A DNA stretch of 64,000 nt from Octopus vulgaris (Eukaryota): the NCBI GenBank assembly GCA_951406725.2, contig OX597825.1, forward strand, positions 53,258,001-53,322,000, in the 5' to 3' direction. The position numbers and the translations under genes are program-made. Below, in pieces: positions 40,010-54,285 of the stretch; the stretch's first letter is position 1, and every line of letters starts with the position of its first letter. The notes below the pieces were generated by a model. The model saw nothing but the letters and a program-made list of their open reading frames with translations. It searched no databases and was not told where the DNA came from.

Positions 40010-41386
40010 GTGTATGTATGTATATATATATGTAGGTAGGTATGAATGTATATAAAATTATATGTAAATACATGTATATATATGTGTGCCTGTGTATGTG
40101 TATATAGAGTCTAAGAATACGTAATTTCTCTCAAATGGATATTTTGAATGATGTAACTGTAAAAATGCTCCCGTCTATTTAATCACTCAAGCATTGATCA
40201 GGAGTGTACGTATGAATGTATGTTAACTTGTATATATTCATATACAAATATATGCAAATATATACATACATTCATATGCATTTACAAAGATATACTGGCG
40301 CACATACACAGATGTTCACATATAATATATAAGTCAGTACCAATGTAGATCGAATATTAAATATTGATATTAACGAAGCGTTTTCAATGTTACCGAAGAT
40401 AATTTTAATTAGACCTGATATTTTTATTAAAATATACTTCTACGTTAATGCTAACAAGACTGTGTTTTAACAAGATTGAGAGGGGTGGAGAGGAGAGGAG
40501 GGAGTGGAAGAAAGACTATGAAAGCTAACTTCGATGCAAATGAAATTTCTTTCGCTTTCTCTTATCGTTTTCTTAAAGGTGCGTTTTACACGAAATGGGC
40601 CAAGGTAAAAATATACCTTATGGCATATCTTAATTCGAATGTTCTTGTTATCGTTATTATGGCTTCTACTTGACTCTTATCTACATTCATTTAGCCCTAT
40701 AGGCCAACCTAATTTTCTCATGTACAATGGTGTTACACAAGCGTAAACACATACACACACATAAATATGTGTATATTTACACAAGCGTATACACACACAT
40801 GCATATATATGTATGTGTTCATGTATTTATGTACTACGTGTATGTATAACGGTAAAAGAAGTTAAAGCTAATGTGACAACATTGAAGCCAAGTAATGAAT
40901 ACCAATACCAAACTATGTTCTGGCACTAAAATTTAGAATTAGGATGTAATCAACCACTGCTGTCTTTGAAGACAAGATTGCTGTTATTGAACTGTTTAAT
41001 TAGAGGAAAGATGTTTAAATCCATAAAATTATTCAGAAGAACCACTATCCTGGATAATAGTATTAATAATGACTCGCAGCCTAGGAGTGGAAGATATTAA
41101 TGCTGAGGTCTTGTAACATAGACTTTAGAATTTATCCAAGCAATGACAACCATTTTTAGTGGATATTTGAAATAATGCAGTGTCCAGAAGAATTAACGCG
41201 ATCCTTGTCCATAGGTCTTCTGGAATTTCAGTATCTCTAGTTTGATCGCCTACTAGTGAGAGTATTATAAACAGACATATATGGAATATAGGATAATTCA
41301 AACAGACGTACAGGAAATATTCGGACCATAAATGATTTGCAATGTCATAAAAATTTCCAATACCAAAACGAGATTTCCCATCATTT

Positions 41387-41600
41387 ACCGTATTTGCCAG
41401 CATATAAAGCGCACTCTCACATAAGATGCACCATTACTTTAAAAGTATATTTTGTGAAAAAATAATTGTCATTTTTCACCATAGATGCATTGAAAGATAT
41501 TTTTAAATGATTTCCTAGGGAAAATGATTCTGTGCATGTAAATTTGATGTTGTGGCAATACACTAGGATAAAATGTGAGGCTATATATTATACATAATTA
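41387..41600. mobile_element. pogo-type MITE remnant
   Basis: ta|ccgtatttgccagcatataaagcgcac..ataagatgcac terminus; a similar terminus taccgtattttcc is at ~28169. Confidence 0.4.
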
Positions 41601-43993
41601 AACTATGTTATGACAGTACCGTATTCCAACTTTATCTCCTTTCAGATCAAGTATATACTAATTCATATTTTGCCCAAGAGAACTGCCATACAGGATAGTA
41701 GACTTTTATTTCTGGCTATGATGTTTTATATAACCTCTATTGGCTACCATGTTGCTACTGCACCGCTATTGTTGATGTCATCCACTAATTCTAAAACCCG
41801 ACAAATGGATGAAAATTTAACATTCAACTTTCATTTACATAACTACAAAATGGTGCTTGAATGTAACACTGCCATTAAATACTGTAAGAAACATATCAGG
41901 TGTAGTTAATGTGTGATGGAGAATGAGGCATGCTGAGATGATGCGACCTCTTCACATAACTGCTAACGTTCCGTAAGCAAGTTATTTCTAAACTGTGATA
42001 TTTTGGTTTACTTCTCATATTATATTATTATTAACAGTTATTGGGTCAAGCGAAGTGATGCTAATCTCGTTCCCGCGCATGCAACACTCTGTCCCCCTTC
42101 AGCAGTACCATGGCAAGCGATGAAAAATTACAAATTCGATAGTAACAACAGCCAAGGTATTCATGGAATGCAGTTTTTTAAAGTATATTTTCAATATATT
42201 TTTGAAGTACTGCTAAAGAAAACAGCTGGATATCATAACGGATTTTAATTATCCCGTGTGATTCTCAACATCCGCATGAAACACATCAAGCAGAAAACAA
42301 TACATAACATCCACTTTTTATATTTTGATTGGTAGACGAGGCGCTTGCATCCTCCATTTTAGTCATGGCATCGAACTAGCGGGAGGTATCAATCAAAACA
42401 AAGTGTGGAGTAAAGAATGGATACTTGTTGAGAAATGTGGAAGATTTTCGTGAAACTCGCGAACAAAAATTAACAATCATGCTTAGACATATCAATTCCA
42501 TGAATGACACCAGGTATTTGTATGAAAATTCTGAATTTCTACTGCATAGACTTCGAGCATGAAGAAAAGCATGAGTTTATGTGTGCGTATGTTTGTGTCC
42601 ATGTGTCTGTGTCTCTGTGTGTATCAAATCAGACATAATAACGTTGACGGTCATAAAGAAAAACAAACCCTTACTCTATTAGCTCCCAGTGATTTTGATC
42701 TTTCAGTAATTTTGTTAGATATTTGACGATTATAAGCGACTCGAAGATTATTGGCGTTCGATTGCCAGTTCTTGAGAATGTCGTTAGAAACCCAGAAAAA
42801 GGACAAGCTACTTCATCAGACAGCAAGAAGAGTGACGGACAAAGCAATTCCTTGCTTTAGGAATCTCAGAACGGTCGCCTACAATGGGCATATATCTCGT
42901 CATTTTCCACTCGAAAGCCATGACACAGGTAGTAAGATCGCTTGCTAGTTAATTAACAAAAAGAAGCAATCAATAAATAAGAAGATGACTTGTATGATTA
43001 AACAGCTGTACCCTAAATGGCGTCAGCTAAATTCTAGAAATGATATTGTAAGTTAGGCGATGTAATAGCGAAAATATCCAGATTAACGGAAATAAGTTAA
43101 CAAAATACTTTAGACACCAAAGCACATATGTATGCCTCAGTGAGTGAGTGATTGTGTATGTGTGTGTGTGTGTGTGTGTGTGCATGTGTGTATGTGTGTG
43201 TGTGTGCGCGTGTACTTTTGGGCATGTGTTTGTTCGTATGTGCTTGTGTGTGTGTGTGTGCGCGCACGCGCAGATGCTATACACAATCACAGACACATGG
43301 ACACATAGGCACCACCAGGCTGATAGCAGAACATAGACATACTGACATACATTCAAGGTGTATGTCAATAGATGTCGGTGTATGAGTTTTTAAATAGCTG
43401 AAAACTTTTTTGGTGTTCCATGGAAGCGTTCAAAGTGGAGACAAGTGTAAACTGCAGGGTTGTTCGCTGGCCGGTTACAGACTTAGACAAACTTATTTTA
43501 ACCAGGTTTTCGGGGTTCTTCCTGCATAACATGGGAGCTAAACGTTCTCTGAGACAGACTGCTAGGTCAGTGTTTATGTTTCCAGATCATCGTCACCATA
43601 GCTTTGAGAACAAATGAATAATATCACATGCCACCATTGTAAAATTACATCTTCCAGCTCGTGAAGCCTCTAATTCTTCTATACCTCAATGCTGCAAGTT
43701 ATTTTCCTTTTCTAGGTTTTCAAAGATTCTGAACCTGAAATTATCAATAGTCTATGAATCTTGCACCTGTACTAAACTACACTCACTTTTCAGATCAACG
43801 AGATTTCCTTTCGGTGTCTCAGCAAGATATTCAACAAGAACTAAAGCTCTATCCTCATAGGTGGTCTTAGGTGCGCTTTTAACCATTATGGTTACTTCTC
43901 AGTCCCCACAGAATGCATACTCACACACACACTTAGATATGTATGTATATATATATACATACATTACACACACAAACACACACAAACACACAC

Positions 43994-44035
<42 letters not shown>

Positions 44036-44439
44036 GCATAGATTTACAAATAAACAGCAGGTAATCTCTGACAGAACTGAAGAAACTCTTCATGCATTTG
44101 CTACAAGAATAGATAACTAATGTACTATTTAATACATTGATAAGCGAAACACTAACATTAACAATTGTCGCAACAGACACACAAACATAAACTTATGAGG
44201 TATATAAAATCGTGTCACATAATTCTGGGAGACATGAACCGGGTAACTGAATATTTCGTCGTCATTGTCTTAATGAGACACAATGATACTCAGGTTTTGT
44301 AATCACGTGCAATGCAGTGTTTCCAGTAGCAACTTGCTGTAATTAATTCCAGCTAATCATTAGGAAATTCCAACCAATCTCATCAATCACTTTTTAGGAT
44401 GAATTAATGCAAATCTGCTTAAGAAGGAAAATAAAAATA

Positions 44440-44952
44440 TATCATCACCAACACGAAGACGTCAGCCACCACCACAATCACTACCAACCCCAACAACAAC
44501 ACCAACACTATAAACGCTATTATTCAATCTACTACTACCACCATACCATCCTACCCCAATTACTATCTGTAGCACCAAAACCACTACCACTGCCAACACC
44601 ACCACCACCACAACCACCGCCAAAACCCCCACCATAACCACCACCAACAGCAACGCCACCACCAACACCAACACCACCGACACCGCCATCATTACTACTA
44701 CCACCACCATCTCTGTTGCCGCAGCTACCGTCTTGGCTGTGTAACACTCAACCCGCAGTCATAAATATGCTTCACCACCCCAAGTATGTATCACCAGAAT
44801 TACTACCAAAGCCACAATTCCTTTCTACCAAGACCTACACCACCAACACTACTACCATCCCCTACCAACATCCCTTGCAATATGCCCGGAAACCTATCCC
44901 ACACAATTCACCTTGTCTTAACCTCAACACCACCACCACCACCACCACAATC

Positions 44953-44988
<36 letters not shown>

Positions 44989-45330
44989 GTAATAATAATA
45001 ATAACAACAACAACAACAACAACGTGAAGAAAGGTGACAACAACCGCACTAAAGAGAACGAAAGCAATGCGAAGAAGAGTAGGAAGAACAAAAGTAAAAG
45101 TAATCGAAAGACATCAACAGCAACAACAATGACAGCAAACACAGCGATGGAAACAACAACGACCACAACAAGAATATTCTACAAGTGAAACAAATAACAA
45201 TATAAGTAAAAAATAGAAAAAGAATAATTTGAAAAAAAATAGCAATTTCAGCGACAAGAAAAACTAGAATAAGAGAAACAGCGACAGAAATAGCAAAAAC
45301 ACAAAGAACTACTACTACTACTACTTATAG
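44440..45330. repeat. (ACC)n/(AAT)n/(AAC)n low-complexity tract
   Basis: Seen directly in sequence. Confidence 0.85.
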
Positions 45331-45542
45331 CAAAACTACCATTACTAGTCCTGTTAATTATAGGATGAAGAAAGTCTCATTAAAATGAAAATCCAATGTT
45401 CTGGTTAAAATTTAGAAACAGAAGCTTCATCAACAGTAACAGGAATTCAGTCCGACACACATGCTATGGACATATAAGTGAATACGGAGAAAACAGTACT
45501 ATTGATATTCAGGCAATACGCAGGCGCGCGCACACTCATACA

Positions 45543-45581
<39 letters not shown>

Positions 45582-45755
45582 CGGGAAGCTTTATGAAAAT
45601 AGACAAAAGACGAAGGCAGGTGGAATACAAACAAACAATTGTATTAGTATATATATATATACTAGTGAATATGTTCTATAGCAGTATGGACACAATGTCA
45701 ACATATATGACAGTAATATTAACACTCAGTCAGTATGTATGCTATAACTTAATGA

Positions 45756-45965
45756 GGCGATCCCGCAGAATGGTTACCACACCGGACAAAACGTTTGGCA
45801 ACATTTCGTTCATCGCGACGTTCTCAGTTCACATTTCGTTGAGTTCGTCTTTGCCTTTGAACCTTTCAGGGCCTGATAAAATTAGTACCTTTTGAGTACT
45901 AGGATCGATGTAATCGACTTAGCCCCTCTCCATAAAATGGCGTTCTTGTACCGAAGTGTGAAAAC
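45756..45965 (+). mobile_element. Degenerate SINE family A
   Basis: ggcgatcccgcagaatggtta..ctcagttcacatttc..gataaaattagtacc..gatcgatgtaatcgact. Confidence 0.7.
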
Positions 45966-47440
45966 AATATCTACACATCACCTAGGGACATACACGGCAA
46001 TATAGACTGCCTTACCGGCACAAAGTCTGGTGGTAGCATGTTTAATGCAGGCGGCAACAAAAACTAAGTGAAAATAGTCGTGTGGTGAGGAAACAACAGT
46101 TTTAGATATTGGCGAATATTTCCACTCGTCAGGGAGGAACATTGTAAAAGTGTTTTAGACTTCTGTTACATCCTCAGTGAACTACTACATTAGTGTTTGT
46201 AGAAGAAACACAAGGAAAAGTAACTAATCATGAATGTTAACATGAGATTTACATAAAAACATTCAGAGCATATAGTGCATAGAGTCGCCCTCTGCATGGA
46301 TAAACATACTCTTCAGTTAGTGGTGACTTAACAATGGAGTGACTTTATATCTTAAAAGTGCCAGGAAGATTTAGTTCAGTTGTCTTATCAGCTACCTTAT
46401 CTCTGCCTGATTCAATCATTTTCCATTACGAAACTAGTAACAAGTAAAGCTCCAGCAGCAACAGTAGTAACGACATCGAAAACAACTAGGATTTAAATAG
46501 AAAATGAATCTACGATAATTTGATTCCCATGAATTGAATCTCTCCTATTTGTAATTGTTGCTGCAGAACATTAACCCAAGATCAACAGTAATCGAGCAGA
46601 ATTATGAATTTGTGACGTTCTTTTTATGACCATCCATATTTTTTTTATCTCTTTTGAATCCAAAGCAAAATTATGCAAAATGGTGTCCAATTCGAAGACG
46701 ATAGACTGTACTTGAGAGGGCCCTGGCCGTTATATTCAGCATGTCGAGTGAAATAACTCCCCCTCTCACACTTACGCTCACACAGTTGGTAGAGATGAGA
46801 GCAGTGATGGGACGAATTTCTGTCTTATGTTCACTGATCACCATTTGAGATATTACAATATTAAGAAAAAAAGATAAATCTCCCCAAGAATAGCACTAAA
46901 ACAAATATCGATCATTGACAATTAATTAATATAACCCTCGAAGAATCGGAATCATAATCAATTTTACTTTGGTAGGTTTTGAACACAATATGCAAAACAC
47001 ATCTTTAAATACGATCCAATGCTGCTGTCTGCAATGGCCTTCTGATTTGATTGCCCACAACATATTTATATCACCTACAACAATGCTTATAAGAATAACA
47101 GCAACGTTAAACAATGTACCGTAAACAGAGGGTGCTACTTCTAATGAAATGCCTTAACCAAATATACACATAATTAAGATAAGTTAAATACAAGAGTTGT
47201 TTTGTATATGAACGGGTGTCTTATATTATGGCACCCAGACGTAATTAAATTGCGCTTCAGTGTTGACATATTGTTATATATGTATATTGTTAATGTTGTA
47301 GCTGCAAAAGATAGAAGTTTGTGTAAATACCGGATACACGGCTAGTCGGTGTACATTTTTACTTGTCCAATCGCACAAACAAACATACCGACACACACAC
47401 GCACACACACAAACACACATATACATACACACTCACACAC

Positions 47441-47471
<31 letters not shown>

Positions 47472-47550
47472 TATATACATATACATACACACACATATAT
47501 ATATGTATATATATATACATACATATATATAAATATATATATACATATAC

Positions 47551-47588
<38 letters not shown>

Positions 47589-47823
47589 ATATACATATAT
47601 ATTAAATGCATACATTCAGATATATATGTATGTATATATAAATATATATATATAAAAACATACATACATACATATATATATATATAATTATACACACACA
47701 TATTCGTACATACATATTTATCAGCAAAACATATATATATGCGTATGTATGTCGATAAACGAGGAGGCAGGAACGGTATGAGACAGCCAAAAAAATTTGC
47801 GCTGTATTCCTCTGTCTCTGTAA

Positions 47824-47870
<47 letters not shown>

Positions 47871-49025
47871 TGCACATATATATATGTACATGTATGTATA
47901 TATGTGTGTGTGTGTGTATATATATACTATGTATGTATGTATGCATATATATACATACATACAATGATAGAGAGAAATTGTAGCTTTATTTCATAAAGAT
48001 ATAAATAACAAGGAAGATTACAATTTGCGCATGCAAGGAATTAGAAAAGGGAAGAGGCAGTCACGTGATGATCCGGAAAACAAACTGAATCATTTTAGAA
48101 ACGTTTTCGATGTTGTGGAGTAAACTACTGTTCACAAAGTACGGTGGTGGGGTGGGGGCCAATGATATCGGAACCTCGGCACGTGCTAGAGTTTGTGTTG
48201 GCTCCGTAATACGATTCCTGGAAATCATTGAGACTCCAATCAATTTAAGAAATATATATTACGAAGGGTGTGTCTGTGTGCATGACTGAGAGTGCGTGCG
48301 GGCACATGTGTGTGTGTATATGTGTGTATGTGCGTGTGTGTCTGAATCATTGTGATTGGTAAACTCAACAAGACAATCGAACAAACAAGGAAATATAAAC
48401 GACTAAAATCATCAAAAATGAAAAAAATGTGTACAAGGAAAATATACCACCATTGTTCACGAAGAAACAAAATAAAAATAAATTCGCATAACTTTATATA
48501 TGTGTGTTTTTATTCATTCTTCTATGTCTTTATGTATATAGGTGTCTATTTATATCTATCTAACTATCTATCTATCTATGTATCTATCTATATGTATCTA
48601 TCTATCTTTCTCCCTACCTATATACATATGTCTTTGTGGTGTGTACGTATATAAATGTATACATACACGCACTGATATTAGTGTGTGTTTGTGTACTTAC
48701 CAATATACAAGTATGTATACACGTATGCACATACCTACACATACGTATGCGCATATACTGTCACACATACACACACACATACACACACACAATTATATGT
48801 ATAGCGATATAGGAAATTATCTGAAGGAACGAAAGGACATATAATATAATGTATATATACATAGTGTGGGATAATATAATGAAATGCTTGCATTTCTATA
48901 TTTAAACCAGGACCTAAAGTATAGGTATCTTAAGCAACTAATTTTTAAAACGTCAAGCAAAATTTAAATTCTCTTGATGTTTGTTTCTTTCTCTCTTTCT
49001 GTGTCTCGCTCTCTCTGTCTCTGTC

Positions 49026-49080
<55 letters not shown>

Positions 49081-49989
49081 CCCCATCTATCTATTTATAC
49101 GTCTCTCATTCTCTCTATATATATATATCTCGCTTTGGCTCTCACTGTCCCTCTTTCTCTCTCACCTTCACTCGTTCTCACTTCTAGTATTATCACCACT
49201 GCTGGCTAACTCTTTGGAAGAAATAAACTTGAGTTAAGTGACATAACTGAAATAAATCAATGACTTTGATTAAACACAGTAAAAATATAATTAAACTAGG
49301 TAGTGATGTACTAATTCACAGACTCAGTCCATTTTTCATGAATTTAAATTCACTCGTCTTCAGAAAGAAATTAAACCCATAAACGATCCCAGCTCAATTT
49401 CTACCGCCTTACTTACAAACGGAAATTTATATAATATATATATATATAAATTTATATATATATATATCAATAATCTTTTCAATACTGAGGGTTAATAAGG
49501 CAAAGATAACATCTCCATTGTTATCAGCGTTCCTTCTAAAATGTCTCTCAAATCAAGAGGAGCCATTTTCAATAAGAGATCGTTAAAGTGATCACATGAT
49601 TAGTGACAAAAGAGCTTCGAAAAAGGAACAAAAATTAAAATGGTAAACTTGAAGTAAATACCAAACATATAGCGCGTGTTTAATTGGTAAAATATGACCA
49701 CCAAAAAGTATAACAATATCTGTCTCAACACACAATTTTGCATCAAATATCTTGCAAAGCTAATACATAAGTATGAAATTATTATTTTTTGAAACAAATT
49801 CCTTAGTTTTAGAAATATTTCCCTTTTGAATGTCAGTAACAATTGCACCTCGGTTTTTTCCCCTCCGAATAAGAGGTATGGACTTTTTTCCCCCCTAAAA
49901 TAAAGTCATGGCGTTTGTGTATGTCATTCTGTACATCATCTTAAAATGGCTTAGTACAAAGAAAAACCAATCACGATTTCGAAGAGATA

Positions 49990-50330
49990 GCAACAAAAAG
50001 CCTTGAAATGATGATCTGGGGTTTTTATGAGAACGGCTTCATAGAATCCAAAAGAAATCAATAGATCGAACATTGTAGCCCTTGATAAGAAGAAGAAAAA
50101 ATATACATGAACTACGGATGTCGTATACAAATATATTATATATTATATATTATATATTAATATAATATATTATATATTATAAAAGGAAAAGAAGAAGAGC
50201 AGTATGCCTCCATGAATTTTTCTGGTGGGAACAGAGAAGTTAACAAAATCATGTTGCTTCCGTTTATTATAGGAAACTTGGGGAAAGTAACAAGGATTTT
50301 GCGAACAAACTTCACTTCAAATCAGGACAG
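49990..50330 (+). pseudogene. R4/Dong-like 3' (RLE) fragment, very degenerate
   Basis: MIWGF.., NRSNIVALDKK (NRPDIV-like), LLPFIIGNLGKV (P.IIGALG-like). Confidence 0.5.
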
Positions 50331-50475
50331 GTATGAAGAGTTCAAAGAAAAAAAAACGATTTACACAGAAGATACAACGTGCTCTATATACAAGGCCATG
50401 AGTTGTGGTTCAATACGACGTATGGTAGCAATTACACCAACAGATGATGATGATAGTAATAATAATAATAATAAT

Positions 50476-50540
<65 letters not shown>

Positions 50541-50562
50541 TAATAATAATAATAATAATAAT

Positions 50563-51066
50563 CTGGCCCCTCGCGCAGATTTTGCGGAAAATTCACAGAG
50601 ACAATTGATCATGTTGATTTTGGCTGCCCAGTACTCGCTGAAAAGGAGTACCTCATACGCCATGTCAGACTAGGACAACACATCCACTGGAATGCTTGTA
50701 ATTACTACAAAATAAAATCCCATGATAAGTGATACGGGCACCATCTAGAGGATGTAGTAAATGGCGAGGGCGTTACCATCCTTTGGAGCTTCCCAATACA
50801 AACAAACAGAAACATTGACACCAATCGACCAGGCATTATGATCAAGTATATGCATATCTGATTACGAGCAGAAGTAGTGGGGGAGGATTATTAGCCGAAA
50901 GATCTGCAAATAGAAATCCCCGGTAGTAATTGGTACGTTAGGAATGATTAAAACGGGAACTGAGAAGTATATTAAGCAACTATCTGGTAACTCCAATATC
51001 TGCGCACTACAAAAGATAACCTTTATGGGTACGCCCCATATACTATGGAAAGCACTCTCCATCTAA
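50563..51066 (+). pseudogene. R4/Dong-like CCHC + RLE 3' fragment directly after (AAT)n
   Basis: ETIDHVDFGCPVLAEKEYLIRHVRLGQHIHW..VTILWSFPIQTNRNIDTNRPGIMIK..PVVIGTLGMI..LQKITFMGTPHIL. Confidence 0.85.
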
Positions 51067-51179
51067 AATGGAATAAATGTGGTGATAATTTTAGCATGCA
51101 TAGCAAAAAATAAGTGCACTTGTTACTCTTGACCTCCGGAGGATTCTCGGTACTAAGGAAGCTGAAATAAAGTTATAAT

Positions 51180-52500
51180 GAAAGGAAACCGAGATAGATT
51201 CCATAATGCAGACTTTAAGACCCTCCAAGAAAGATACAGGCAGTAAATTTGGTAAAGGTATGTGTGCAGTATTAGTCATGGGAAGGCATCCAATTAGCTG
51301 ATGGCCAGGCATTTAAAATCATTGAAAGGAGAGAGTTATAAGTATCTAAGAGTATTAGAATCTGAAAGAGTACTAGCTACAGAACTGAAAACGAAAACTG
51401 AAAAGAGTACATCAGAAGGGTGATGAAGCAAATGAAGTCAAAGATAAATGGTCCGAATTTAGTGAAGGATGTAAATACATGGACAGTATCATTACTTAGA
51501 TACTCATCAGTTTTTATAGATTTGACAAAAACTGAATTAGCAAAGCTAGGCAGAAGAACTAGGAAAGAATTCAATATGAATGGAGGACTCCAACCAAGGG
51601 CATGAGTAGCACGATTATACCTACTTAGAAAAACAGGCGGATGAGGGTTAATATCAGTAGAATACTGTGCGGAATTAGCTACTGTTGATGTAGACTCCTA
51701 TGTAGGTAATAGTGAAGAAACTTCATTAAAAGCTGTGATAGTCACTGTAAGACATATGGAAACCAAAAAACACTAATCGAACTTAAAACCAGAAAAAAGA
51801 ACAGAAATTACCAAACTGGCATGCGGAAGCGTTGCCTGGTAGATTCCCAAAGATAGCTTCTGCATATAGTAGTAGTGACACATGGTTATGGCTGCAGAAG
51901 GGAAAGCTGAAGAAGGAGACAGAAAGTTTGTTTGTAGCTGCACAAAATCAAGCATTAAGGTCTAATTGGATAAAAGCCAAAATAGACAATAGCCAAGTAG
52001 ATTCCCAATGTAGATGATGCAAATCAAAAGAGAACAGCGTTACTCATATAGTAAATGAATGTAGCATGATGGGACAGAAAGTATACAAGAGAACCTGACA
52101 ATCTAGGGAGAGCAACCCACTGGGAGCTATGATTTGAACATACTAAAAAATGGTAAGAATATGATCCTAGTAAAGTGCTACATGGTAAGAAGTACAAGAT
52201 GTTATGAAACTTTACCATTCAGACTGACAGAGTAATAGAAGCGAGAAGGTTTGATTTGGTAGTAGTAGATAAGAGAATAGAAAGTACCAGATAATTGACT
52301 TTACTATTCCAAATGATGAAAATATTAATATGAGGAGTATAGAAAAATAGAAAAGTAACAGGACCTAGCTATTGAATAAGAGAGATTATGAAAAGTGCGG
52401 GTAAAATGTATCCCTGTAGTTAAAGGTGCATTCGGAATCCAAAGATTTCAACACATGGATAGAGGAAAAGCTAGAAAAACATATTAGGACGATCCCATGA
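51180..52500 (+). pseudogene. R4/Dong-like RT C-terminus + CCHC + RLE fragment
   Basis: ESYKYLRVLE, KEYIRRV..SKINGPNLVKDVNTW..LLRYS, WLQKGKLKKETESLFVAAQNQALRSN, HIVNEC, IQTDRVIEARRFDLVVVDK, IPVVKGAFG. Confidence 0.88.
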
Positions 52501-52599
52501 TAAAAACGGCAAACAGGTAGAAGTATCCTAACTGTAGCATCAGCAGTTCAACGTCAGTCCATAGATATACGATACTTGGACATCGAATTAGTGCGCATG

Positions 52600-53137
52600 G
52601 TTTTGGATATAATGATTATGATGATGAAATACATAAGAACAATTACAAGTGATGATGAAGTTAATGTAAGACCAATGATATTGATGATGATGAGGAATAG
52701 GCAGAGTGGAGGATGAGGAAGTAGAGGAGGAGAATAAGGATGATGACGATGACGACGATGACGATGATGACAACGATGATGATGATTATAATGATGATGA
52801 TGACGGCGACGATTATGATGATGGTGTTGATGATCATAATGAGAAGTACAGGGATTGTAGTGGCAACGGTGACAATGACGATGATGTTGATTATGATGAT
52901 GATGGTGGTGATGATGATGATGATGATGATGACGACGACGATGACAATGACGATGATGATGTTGTTGTTGTTGGTGGTGGTGTTGGTGGATATGCTGGTG
53001 ATGATGACGCTCGGAAAGTTATTACTGTAGATATTAAAGCTGACGTGATGATGGTAACAATTATGAAAATGACAATGACGACGATGACGACGACGGTGAT
53101 GATGATGATGACGATGATGATGATGATGGTGGTGATG

Positions 53138-53169
<32 letters not shown>

Positions 53170-53660
53170 GACAAAGAGGATATTCGTTATGTTCGCGATA
53201 ATTGTCATGACAGCAATAGTAATGATGACGATGATGTGATCAGATGACACGGCTTTAATTCAAATCCTGGTGCTACTGCAAACAATGTGATGATTATGTT
53301 GATGATGATGAAGAGCGGGAGGTGGAGGAAGAGGGGGAAGCATAATAAGAGGGAGAATGAGGAGGGGTGTAATGAAAATGACGACGACGACGACAACGAT
53401 GATGATAATGATGATGATGGCGATGATGATGATGGCGTTGATATTATCAGCAACATTACCGTTCCTTTAACAGCAACGTTAACTAAAAATAGATGTATTT
53501 CTCCTTTCCAGTCTGTCTGTTCATGTTAATTTCTCATTGTCTGTCATCATCACCATTAACATCATCATCGTCATCATCATCATAATCATCATCCTATTCC
53601 ACATCATCATCGTCTTCAACGTCATCATCATCATCATCATCATCATCGTTGTCGTCGTCG
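52600..53660. repeat. Degenerate (GAT/GAC)n tract followed by (ATC)n
   Basis: Seen directly in sequence. Confidence 0.92.
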
Positions 53661-54001
53661 CCACTAATATTCTCATCATTATAATCCTTCCCTATATTTT
53701 TCCTCTTTTATCTCTTCTTTTTTTTCTGGTTTTCCTTATTATAATCATTATCTTCCTTGAAATACTTTTTTGCCGTTATTTTCTTTTTTATATAGTTGCG
53801 CCACAATAAATATATACGTACACTGATACACAGGCAGAGATATACACATAAAGCACACAGCAGCGTATACAGGTATAGACACACACATATATGTGTGTAT
53901 GTGTGTGCGCAGTTGTACGTCTCTTTGTAGGTGTTTGTGCATGTGCGTGTGCGTGTGTGTATGTATAAACATAAATATCATATGTGTATGTATGTATATT
54001 T

Positions 54002-54041
<40 letters not shown>

Positions 54042-54163
54042 CATATATATATGTATGTATGTATATGTACGTATGTATGTATTCACATTTACAAAGATAT
54101 ATACAAACATGTTTGTATATATACATATATGTGGGAGTTTGTATGTGAATTTATATATGCATA

Positions 54164-54197
<34 letters not shown>

Positions 54198-54249
54198 TTA
54201 AATATACATACATACACATATATGATATTTATGTTTATACATACACATG

Positions 54250-54285
<36 letters not shown>

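Noticed and set aside
43400-43900. Possible RTE-like LINE remnant
   Set aside because: Only a DHR-like tripeptide; too degenerate to call
52588-53809. Acidic poly-D / poly-M / poly-I ORFs
   Set aside because: (GAT)n/(ATC)n repeats open in several frames; not a gene
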